This document shows positions 1-11,584 of a DNA stretch of 64,000 bases, one piece after another. The notes beneath the pieces were generated by a model. It worked only from the letters and a program-made list of their open reading frames with translations, was not told where the DNA came from and ran no database searches. Within the stretch, counting starts at the first letter, position 1. Every line of letters starts with the position of its first letter. Origin of the DNA: Azolla caroliniana (taxonomy: Eukaryota > Plantae > Polypodiophyta); NCBI GenBank assembly GCA_043228905.1, contig JBHGNT010000014.1, forward strand, positions 15,686,001 through 15,750,000, written 5' to 3'. A program made the position numbers and the translations under genes.

Positions 1-147
1 CAGTTGAGAATATCGCTTATTGATGCATGGCGTATATGCTATAGACTTAAATCAATAAGTGGAAAATGATGTGATTAGAAGACAATATAGATATATAAAC
101 CCTGAACTATAAAAAGATAATCGACAATTGAATAATGATGTTGGTAC

Positions 148-1788
148 CTCAGGTTGCCTATTCACTTCTTCTACAGATGGATTATATCCCGCCTTTTTGG
201 GATATGGATGACTCGGCTTCCTTTTGGGGCGTGGCGGTGGGAAATCGATATCTTCTACTTTCCCAGCTAAGTCTCCAGATGACACACCACGTTCTAGCTG
301 TAGCATCCAACAAAAGGAGCTAGTGAAATGGTTGAGTACAGTTTAATACACATAATACTGCATATCTTAAGTACTGAATTCGATACATGAGAACAAGACA
401 ACAGCACTGGAGCTCGGCTTGGCTCATTCAGAACAATCAGAAATATTCTTGGAACCCATTAAGAGAATGCAATTGCTGTCACAATGCATTCATGAATATT
501 GGAGAGTAAGGCATGATTGAGGTCACACAATTCAAAATTGTGAATATAACTTGGCTGTATTCTGTGTCAAGGGTTATGCACTATTTGGTAGCTCTTTGGA
601 CTCTACAACTTCATAATCACGATCATAACACGGCTTTTTTTAACTGCAAATCAGTTTGATGGATATTTACTCTTCCATGAGCAAACGTTCATTGATATTT
701 CTTTTCCCACATTCAAACATAAGAAGAGCAAACTACCACCGAAATGACGATAGTTTTTTTGTGTGCAAAATATCAAAGCCATGGCCCTGAAAGCCCCATT
801 CAGAAAGCCTGGTGGAAATTCAAATTAACAGATAATTTTGATCTTTCAGTCAAATATGGATGGAAAACCTTAGAGAAAAACTTTTGAGCATGACTTCGGA
901 TTTGGACAGCAGTCTTGGTACCGATATGCTCTGCATGGAACATCAATGTATCGTTAATTTTTTGTATCTAAGCTTGTCCCTTGAATCAATAAGTATATCC
1001 CTTAAAGAGTAACTGCAAGTGAGTGAATGAATAAGTGCAAATTTAAGGCAGCCCTTTGAATCAATACATATATACCTTCATAAGATGAAAATAGTGTTGG
1101 ATTATAAATTAGGGAAGTGACAGGAAATGAGTGAATGAATGACTGCAAATCTAGTATATACAAGACGTGCACCTTAAGGAACATAGATTTATAAACCAAT
1201 TTTATGCATGGTGTGGACTATATTTGACAACTGTATGGCCATCAGAAAACCAAGTATTTAAGTAATAGCATATGAGTCACAACATTGAGTCTCTATCAAC
1301 CCTCATGAAAGTGATAAGCGAAGTGAAAAATAGAATATCTAAGAGAAAGGCCTTTCAAAAAACATATAAGCTTCATATTCATCATATAAAGAAAGAAGAT
1401 TGAGATTGATTGCCTCCCCTGATCCCCATGCCGTATGCTATTACTAAGACAACTAAGAACCTGAAGGAGAAATTGTAAAACAAATACCTTTGATTCTCCG
1501 CCATGCTCGTCCATAAAGTTTTAAGGCCTCAAGGAATTTTTTATGTTCATCTTCTGTCCATCTTTCCCTTTGTTTTGTTATAGTATATGGCTTCCTCACC
1601 TATGTATAAATAAATTAATCATTGACTAACTCCTTTTCTGAATCAGATGTAATAATGAAACATGTATTTCAGATGGAAACTTCACGCACTTTTAGATTAA
1701 CTTCATCTCCAGAGGATGAGACATCAGCAATAATCAATCTCTCACGTACTGGTAACTTCATACAATTGGTCGTGATCGATGATTCCAT
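148..1788 (-). CDS. LHY: CCA1/LHY/RVE1-clade single-MYB (SHAQKF) circadian transcription factor, 5' part; gene continues off the window start
   Basis: Four in-phase GT-AG exons: 1788-1690 (MESS...SSGDEVNLK), 1599-1488 ([37 protein letters not shown]), 930-869 ([21 protein letters not shown]) and 297-148 (LERG...[20 protein letters not shown]). The family is clear. LHY versus RVE1-like orthology cannot be resolved by eye. Confidence 0.93.
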
Positions 1789-1806
1789 TTTCCACTGGTC
1801 TCTAAT

Positions 1807-1965
1807 ATCAGCAGGCTGCAAATAAAACATAAATAGTAGCATGAGCACATCCTATCTCAATTAGCACATGTGGAAAAATGGTACCATCAGCAGGCTGCAA
1901 ATAAAAGATAAATAGTAGCATGAGTACATCCTATCACAATTAGCACATGCGAAAAAACGGGTATC
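1807..1965. repeat. Tandem duplication of ~79 bp spanning the 5'-UTR splice acceptor of the MYB gene
   Basis: ATCAGCAGGCTGCAAATAAAA...TTAGCACATG starts at both 1807 and 1886. Confidence 0.85.
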
Positions 1966-3830
1966 ACTCACAAAGAGCAAAATTAAAGACTCTAGATCGA
2001 CAATTCTAAGTGCACAGATCATTGCAAATAGATACATGCATAAGGTTCTCAATGTTCATACTGTTTCTCAAACAAAAGCACCATCTACGACAAATACACC
2101 TTCATTTTAGGGTTATACAGGCAGCCTTTCTCTCAGATGTATATGTATTGAAGGATATGTAGCTAAATTTCATATGTATCGAGGATCATGCAACTGATTC
2201 AACTAATTGAATAAAAAGAGAAGGGTTAGAATTTTGATTCTCCATTAAACTAATCGCCTACATGCAATCACCTGGCTAGAGGAGTGAGTGCAACCCATAC
2301 TACATGTAGATCCATCTGCCATGAACCATGGGAGTAGCTTTATGTACATCAACAATATAATAATCCATTTCCATCGTAGTTGAGGGTCAATCCATTGACT
2401 GTAGGCTGTACACAGGGACTTCCTACCGTTCATATACGAAAACCTTACATCTTTTCTAGATCACGTCTTTCCAGAATACAGATGGACAAAGGTTGCGTAT
2501 CTGTTGAACAGCCTACCTCTATTCTTAATTTTGACCCCCTACTCCTATACCATTCATCAAAGACCGGCTATGCATAAGTATATATTCTTCATCTAAAGAG
2601 ATCACTATGGACAACAAATATAGGCTCATTATACTGTTATACAAACCATACATTTTCTCCAATGTATGGATTGCTTGCAAATCTAGGTTCATTACAAAGT
2701 TCTACAAGTACACATTCTTTGTGATGTATATGAAATGTTAAATAGCAAAGTCTACTCATTGACAAATTTCTCCAAATATACAAGATAAATAGACACAAAT
2801 TGTTCAATTTATATAGCTTTTATAAAACAGTTGTCATTAGGTCTTGCAACTTCAATCCAAAGGCGAAATTTCTAAGATGAGATAACCATAAATAAACTAA
2901 GAAGAAAATATATAATAAAGATCTTTGTGAAGAATTACCTCACGAGGATCGACAACATCTGGAGCAGAACTCATACTTTTCCAACTTGGAAAATAGTTGG
3001 GCTTGTTTTAAACAAAGTATAGCTTTGTGTTACGGACAGATGCACACCTTCAGAAGCAGACCTCTCACTCCATATGTGAATCTCTGTGGAAAATAATGGT
3101 TTCCTTCCACAAACAAGGGGCAAACAGAGATTCCCAATATCACTCTTTTAGAAGAGACATAAACAGATATCTCATAAACGCCAACTTTTCCTGTCTGTGT
3201 AAATGATAGAGAGAGAGTGAGAAAGAGTGAGATCTCAGAAACACTAGAACAGAGATTTCTAAATACCTTGCAAAATTTTCTTCCTTCTACAAGGAAAACC
3301 CAAGCTTGATTTTGAGGACATAGGTTTCTAATATTTCTCTTTTGAACGACAGACTCAGAAACAGATGTCTCAAAAACCACTAAATTTTCGAACCGCAAAT
3401 CAGAGGTTTCTAGAAATCCCCTTTGAGACTAACCAGAAACCCTAGATTTCTTAACCTTGTGTGTGAGAGAAAGAGAGATTCCCTGCAAATAGAGAGAGAG
3501 AGAGAGATGATGCGGAAATCCTTCAGGAACCCTAAATTTAGCTGCACATAGAGAGAGGGGGAGAGACGCCTCGGAAACCCTAAAAATGAGGATTCAGAAG
3601 CCCTGAATTTCTCTGGAACACAGGCGGACGGACAGAGATCTCAGAAACCCTAAAAACAGAGGATCCAGAGAGCCTAAACAATCCAGCACTCAGAGAGAGA
3701 GAGACAGACAGAGAGACAGAGATGTCTCAGAAACCCTAAAAGTTTTTCCTTGCAGAAGAACCAAGAGCCAGAGAGAAGCTCCTCTCTTTTCTTGTGGCTG
3801 GGCTTTCTCCAGGGGGTGGGTCGACCTGCA

Positions 3831-3911
3831 CACGTGGCATACACGTGGCATACACGTGGCATACACGTGGCGAAGCGGGGGCCGGGATGAGCAGACGTGG
3901 CGGCACACGTG
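3831..3911. promoter_or_regulatory. G-box (CACGTG) cluster upstream of the MYB clock gene
   Basis: CACGTG at 3831, 3842, 3853 and 3864 (11-bp unit ACACGTGGCAT) and at 3906. GACGTGG at 3894. TGACGTGG near 4205 and 4236. Confidence 0.7.
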
Positions 3912-4338
3912 GCCAGAGCTTATGGCAGTGGCTCTGACAGCTGGCAATCCCGGGGGGGGGGGGGGGGGGGGTTCATAAAAAGCGCCCGCCCCGATTTATT
4001 TATTTTTTTCTCAGTTTTATTTTTTTTCCCCAACTGTGAAAAAACTTGCGGCCAGGATCGAAGCGCCAAGGAGAGCCACAAAATCGAAGAGGGGCCTCCG
4101 CAGCCGTCCGATCTCCCTCCCCTCCGAAGAAGATCGACGGTGCAAGTGACTCGAGGCCCTTTACGCTTTTTTGAGTTTTTCTTTTTTTTCCACTGTGCGC
4201 CGCTGACGTGGAAAAAGGCCACCTTATCCCCTTGCTGACGTGGCTCCTCCTTTTCTCCTTTTTTATTTTTCCTTTTCATTTATTTAGTAATTTCTGCGTG
4301 GGGGTCCCCCATTCGCCCCTCAATTCTCAGCCACATCT

Positions 4339-4392
4339 TTCTTCTTCTTCTTCTTCTTCTTCTTCTTCTTCTTCTTCTTCTTCTCCTCCTCC
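4339..4392. repeat. (CTT)n microsatellite
   Basis: Seen directly in the sequence. Confidence 0.95.
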
Positions 4393-7300
4393 TTTCCTAC
4401 TTCTTTGTTCTTTGTCGAGGTTCCTTGTCTTTTCCGGATATTTCTAGAAACCGACCCTTTTTGTACAAGAATTGCGCTCAGCCAGAACAACTAAGGTGGG
4501 CGGGGGGGGCTTGTTGGGTCCTGACATCAATCTCTATCTGGCCTCTATTTGGGTGATCCATTGCTTTTACCAGTGTTGGATAGTGTGCTTATAGTGTGGA
4601 AGCAATCCATTCCTCTATTTGTTGCCTCCACAAGAAGTAACGCAACGCAAATCATGCACACCCTTGTCATTTCAAGTTTCACGAACCCCTCCAACGAGTT
4701 GTGAGCCGTGAATCACAAATCAAGCGAACAACAACAAAATGACATGAAAATAATGGTGTGCCTTTTGCGGTTTTGTGAATCCCTTCACGAGTTATGAGCA
4801 ATAAACCGTGCGTGAATCATGAGGTTGTGTATTCATGCATCGGCCATGCAATGATGGGTGATTGTATTTTTATTGAGTTTTAGATAAAGGGAAAACAAAT
4901 CTATCTATAGTAAACAAGCTAGTGATGAGTTTATGGATGAATTTATGGCTAGCGCTCTCTATCTGTGTACATGATTCTCTAGAGTAAGTACATGCATGAA
5001 TATTTTCTTTTTTAGACATACCACACCACAACGCAATGCACAAAAATGTTTTTAATACAATGATAAAGAAGCTCGAATATTTTTGTTGAAACATCCAACT
5101 TTTTATTATTAGCAATGCACAACTATTGTTCCGCAATAAGCCAGTTTTTTCAAGACTATGGATTGCTTCTTTCAGGATACAGTGTTAACCAATAATATGA
5201 AAACCTTGTGTGGGTTCCCCCACATCATCATCATCTTCTCACTTTCTTAATGCAAACACTCATGATTGATCAAATTCACAACTTTTGTACCTTGTAGTGC
5301 CATGTTTATCGAGCAATGATTTATTATGTTTCTTGCACTTTCAAATTGTCAAACTTCAAGTATCGCATCATGAATCCGAACCATTCCTAATTTTATGCTC
5401 AATGCCTTATAAAAAAATTATGTGCAACTCACACAACATATCTCCCTAAGAGATGAAATAAATTTCACTTTATAATTGCCCATACTTTTTTATGTTGTGC
5501 ACAAATGCTTTTACAAACTCACTTCAAGCACTATCTTTACAAGTTATGTCACATAGACACATAACTAACCTTCAAGCGATTCACCATAGCTTTCTTTGCA
5601 TACAAAAATCTAAAAGAGTGGTTTCCCATTACATGCATACACTTGTATACTTGATCTAGTAAGCTATTTGATCTTCTTCTTTTTCTGTTGTAGTACATTA
5701 TATTACAAGCTTGAAGTTCAAATAGTAAGAACCCACAAAGAATGTATACTTCTTGTGTTAAGAAAAGACTAAGGTGTACAACTCAAATATCTCAATTTAA
5801 GCACCATATAAGAGCAAATTTAACCTATGAATTTGGTTGGTTGACAATATCTTGGTAAAATGGTAATATTTAAATCTATGTTGATTGACAACATGAAACA
5901 CAAAGCAAGAACATATTCATCTCTTTTATTATGGCCAAGCATAGATCCATCAATTTTTTGGAGTTTCAAATATTCAACCAAAATATGAATGACAAGCAAG
6001 GATTGGAAAAAGACTTTTGCTTACCAAATATAGAATATATTGTTCCAATTTCTTCAAAAAAAAAACCACCATGGAAATCTTTGATCCATCCATATTAATG
6101 GAGATTTTTATATAGGTAACACCATTTAGGATGATTTAGAGAATCGCAATCGAGTCTCGCTTTTGAAAGTATTCATTCATATTGATTAGAAGAATGATAC
6201 TTAGTAAGAACATCAATTGATTTTTAAAATGCAACAATGCATCATAATATGGGTCCACATCACAAATACAATTGTCCTAAATATTTGATAGACTACTTTC
6301 ATTTACTCATGTGTCCACTACTAAAGGCATCACGCATGCTCTTTGATTGGCAAGAGTATCTACATGAATGCACTATCAACATATAACATATATGTGCTAC
6401 CCCTTCCACCTACTTGAATTCAAGGACATGGAAATTCTATCTAGCAAATCACCAAAACAAAGAGACAAATAGAAGGCTAGACTCGTTGCACACCACAAAA
6501 CAAGTTTGTTGCACAAACAAAGGGTGTTATTGTGGTGATGCTTATTGGGTATACTTGTGCTTGGATTCCACTTAGAGAAAACGAGAAATAATCATTCTTT
6601 TTTAGGATTAGAAACATTGTTCCATTTGCTATGGAGTTGTCCATCCACAAGAATGTTTATTTTTATTTATTTTTAGAAAACATATCCTTCCATTAGCTTA
6701 AAAAACCATATCAGCTACAAAATACAAAATGATGGGAAGGAGATGATTATCCTTCCCCACAATAATGTTTATTGGTAAACTAGGTTTCCATATGGACAAT
6801 TTGGAAAATCATTTTGGTTGTCGAGTCTCTTCCTCACCGGTTGCAATGAGATGCAAGTAGTTTCCATTGGTTTAGATTTTGGGCAATTTGGATCATTGGG
6901 GTAAATTGGAACTCTTTCATATTTGGGCAACTACACATTGTGGACTTTTTTTCTTTATTTTAGTTCCTTTCTCAAACACTCTCTTTATGATAGTTTTCAA
7001 TTTGTTGAAATCTTTGTACAACAATTTCATTTCATTTCGAGTGCTTTTGATCATTGGAAGTTTGTAGGTTTTTACCTCACATTGAGAAATCCCACTATGA
7101 TATAGGTATTGCTAAATACATGCATACATACATCATTGATCCAACAAAGATATTTTTTATTCTTATAACAAAAACGTCATTTAATCCAACAAAGTTGAAT
7201 TGATTTTCACTTCTTTATTGACCAATATACTCATATGGACTAAGATAGTGTCATACAAATGCAAATGGTAGTAGTTGCTCAAAGCAAATTTTGAACTAAT

Positions 7301-8810
7301 TACATCTTATGCATATATAGTTGTTTCTAGAAAGTTTTGAAACATCCCAAAATCTACAGAAGCGTGCAACATCTGGCATGATCTCATCCATCTTGACTGG
7401 TACCTCATTCTTGTTGAACCATTTTGGCTCAAAGTCAATCTTGGGCCTTCTAGGAATCTTTCTTGTGTTGTTGATGTTGGTCATCCAGTGGGCTTTCGTA
7501 ACAAAATCATGCAAATAAAATATAGCATAAGTTAGAAAATGGTGTATTCATCATATAATATTTATTGTAAATTTTCTTTATAGTCTAGGCCATCCATGTA
7601 CATAATAAATATTATGAGATGTTGTCAATTCACATAAGCTAATGCATGTTCGCTATGAAGTATCCATTAGATATCTCATATTTAATGCTATGATCTCGAG
7701 ATACACTAATGATGCGTTGTAGCTTGTAGAAGTAGATTGTTAAGTATCTATCGTCATCTCACATTTGATGATCTTGTCTGAGGATACTCTCGTGACACCT
7801 AATAGAAGTAGAGAGAGAGAGGGACTCTATTATGGTCTTTGGAGGTCAAATATGACCTATGAGCCCAAAAATATTAAATTTCATGTAATACATGTGAAAG
7901 TGAGTAGCAACTCTTGATGTTTAAGAACTTTACCAATGAATTGTGCAATCGAGAGTGCACTTTGTGATTGTGAAAGGAATTCGTGTAATGACTAGGTTTG
8001 GTCGAAGATGTGTGGAAACCATAGTTGAATATGATCAAAAGCAGAGCATTGTATCAAAATGTGATACTCATACTCTCAAACTTGTTTTGGGCAAAGTGTG
8101 CACAATCAACCACATCTCACCACTTGTGCCCCAATGCCCTATCTCACATCACAATGTGTCTAAGCTAAGCCGCATGGAAGCAATGGTTCTGATGGCATAT
8201 GACGGGATGGGCACTAACATGTATCAGTGTGTGTAGTTTCCCCATTGGGTAAAGATTATGGTTGTGTAGTTAGGTGCAACATGTGTAATAGAATGTGTGA
8301 ATCGTGATCCTCACAGGGCCTCCACATTTTTCCCATGTCATGATACATTTACATAGGAATCTAATGATGCATCATGAAGCAAGTGTATTGCATCCCATCA
8401 TCCGGATTCCGAACCATTTTTCTATATCTTGCATCCAAATGGAATACAAATTTTTTTGCGTTTATGCATCTTTTGGATCTTTTTACTTGCTTCCCATGCG
8501 ATTCGAGAACCTTAAGAAAAAATGTCCATGTTTCAACAAGAAATGAGATAGTACATGATTCAGGAGCACAAAAGGCGAGCGATCGGAAGAGGCCATAAAA
8601 GAGAAAGAGAGTGAGTGAGTGATAAGGGCAACAAAATACAGAAGAGGATGGCGAGTTCTATCGGACGTATGGAAATGCGGACCAAAGTTTTTTGCTCGGA
8701 ATAATGATGAGGGGAGAAGGTGGATACGAAGTCAGGAATTCCGAAGATAAGATCATCGGCGAAGGCTAATGCTTCTGAGTTTCCGGTGAAACAGGGGGTA
8801 TATATAGGGT

Positions 8811-9047
8811 AGGGTATTATTGGTGAAGGGTATATTTTTTGATAAATGTCTGTAATTGTCAATGGAAGCTTTGCTCTGTTTTTGTTATTTTTGGAGGAAA
8901 GGGGTCTGTGTTTTCCATCAATATAAATAGGGCATTATTAGTGAAGGGTATATTTTTTTTGATAAATGTCTGTAATTGTCAATGGAAGCTTTGCTCTGTT
9001 TTTGTTATTTTTGGAGGAAAGGGGTCTCTGTTTTCCATCAACATAAA
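8811..9047. repeat. ~120-bp tandem duplication
   Basis: GTGAAGGGTATATTTTTT...GATAAATGTCTGTAATTGTC...TTTTCCATCAA is present twice. Confidence 0.9.
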
Positions 9048-11584
9048 GACCAGGTAAAATCACTGCCTCTTAAATTTCTCTCTCTGCTTATCTTGACCTG
9101 AGTTAGTAATTATCGCCATCAACTAAATCAGGAAATGATGTATTTATGCAATCTATTCATCCATGCATGCATCTCTACATATGTCAGTTCAAATATTGTG
9201 AAATTTCACATCCTTTTGTTGAATCTGTGTCTATTAAGGTCTGTGCAGAGTAGGGCGAACATGTCAGATGATTGTTTTTGCAACATGTAATGGACTTTTA
9301 GCCTGTTTGAGATGTTCTCCCCCTCCCCCCCTTTCTTTTCTTTCCCATTTAGAAATCTCTTGCGGATGACATGGAATGGGCTTTTGTGTCAAACATGAGC
9401 AGATTGAAAAGCTTGGATGAAGAAGATAAATGAAAAAATGTCTCAATTAAGTGACATCAATAGAGAAAAGAAATGGTGCACGATTTCATGGCTAGCTGAC
9501 AGAAATTTTGAAATTTCAGACCCTTTTTTGGTCGAAAATTGGTCTCATGAAGAAGGAAATTTGATACCATCTTATGGTTTGTGTTGAAATATGATCTGGA
9601 TTAACTGGCGTCGAAAAATAAAAAGGAACACTGTAAAGAAAGGCTGTTCATTATGACAATCTCTGTGTATTTTATATGGAGGAGAGTCATGAGTACATTG
9701 ACATGTTGGGAGGGGCATTCTCGCAAGAGTATTAATAATTATCTGCAGAATGGAGATCCGATTATCTTCAACTCTTACTGAAGGAACTTGTAATGGCATG
9801 AAGCATGCACTTCAGAGGTTTGATTGTGGCCTTTAGGAAGACGAAGGCTAATAATGGTCTCCAAGTTCCAATACCCCAGGTAAACTGTGCATTTTGGAAT
9901 TTTGAATACTGATAACAGAAGGAATGCGATCTTTTCAAAATCACGAGAATCTCATGTCTAGGTTTGGAAGAACTTTGGCTGGTTTACAATTTGAACATTC
10001 CTAACAGTGTCCAAATTTGAATCAGCTCACACAGGAACTTAGGAATTTAGCATAAGACAGCCTTTCAGGGAGGGTAGTCATGGACCCCACAAGCTGCCTG
10101 CACTAGGTAGCAATCCTGGCCCCTTTTTCAGTTCACTCCTGTACCCATATCAAAGACAATGATGGGGGGTAAGAACAGGTGCAATGGGTGGCTAGCCCTC
10201 TACAAGTCACATGGAACTAAGGAAGTCAAGACTAAAGGAGCGGATGGCTGAGGTGGAGCCTGGAGCCAAATGATGGTGCACTGGTGGAGGCAGTGGTGGA
10301 AGGGTGCAAGTATGAAATTTTAATATGGAAGTACAAATCTGATGCTTTAAGAGGATGTCGAGGTAACCTGGTGCCGTATATGAATGTATATATATATATA
10401 TGGTAAGGCCATTACCTCAGATCTCTTATTTGTGTTGTGCCTTACATAAACTTCTTGATGTCCTTGAGCTTTCACCACCTTGCCCATGTCCTCATTGGTT
10501 GATCATGTTGATCATGTGTCCAGTGGCTCCTTGGATAACCCCATCAACTCTAAAGATGATTTACCTAAGACTTTAATTTTTCTTATGAATCTTTCCTGAC
10601 CATATACCTATGATGTCGCACAAGTAGGTGAGCCCTCTAGTACATGGTTCACCTTTAGGAAAAATTCATTCACGACACATTTCCTTGTCATACCATTCTC
10701 ATCCCTTAACACTTGTAACATGCTAAGCTGGATCTGTAACAGGTTTAGTTGAGCACATTGATTCATTTTATTTTACTCATGCTACTTTGTTCTTTTGCAT
10801 AGTTGGACTAAGTTCACATAAATGAATATTCCACCCTGCATTGTGACTTTATTCTCCTCAGGACCTTGATTAAAATGTCAGTTATACATTTTCTCTTACC
10901 CAAATATAATATCTTCTCCACATATGTTTCAAAGGGAACATAATGAACATTCCTATCTTCTTTCTGGTGTGGGTGGGCAGTACGCTGTATGCATCTGCTT
11001 GCAGATATGGTATGTCTGGCAGAAAACACCATTCTCTAGAGAGACCATGATAAATGACTTACCTTCATACATCTACTACAAGAACACCCACACCGTCTTC
11101 TCTAGCTGTAACTGCAGAATGCTCCTATGAACCATAATTCTCACCAAAGATGTGAGGAATGCTATTTCTTCAATTGCTTGAACGTGCCTCGGCAATCTTG
11201 CAGCCAGATTAGGCTTTTTAAATTTTATTGTCAAAACACGCAGGCATACCCAAAATTTTAGAAACTTTAATTTAAAGCTGAAATATATGTTTTGTGAACT
11301 ATTGCCCTTCTGCAATGATGAAGCAATTAATTTATGGTAGACATATTTCGTAATATGTGTTTTTTCTTCTGCACATGACACTGAAAAGCATTCTTTATGC
11401 ATCTGATGGTCTAGGGCATGCAATCTCCATGTAAAAATGATCTATATAAATGCTCTTTATTTTGTCATTGATTGTACTGTTAACTCAATATGCCACAACT
11501 GGATTTTGTCTTCTTCTTTTCAGCATTCAGAAATCCTAAATCCAAAAAGGCAGCACTGCTATGAAAACTAACTTGATTGTCTAA

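Noticed and set aside
3674-4447. Short GC-rich ORFs near the MYB promoter
   Set aside because: Low-complexity translations of the G-box repeat, the poly-G run and (CTT)n.
5300-8300. Possible LINE, hAT and other TE remnants
   Set aside because: Too degraded to assign a family or boundaries by eye.
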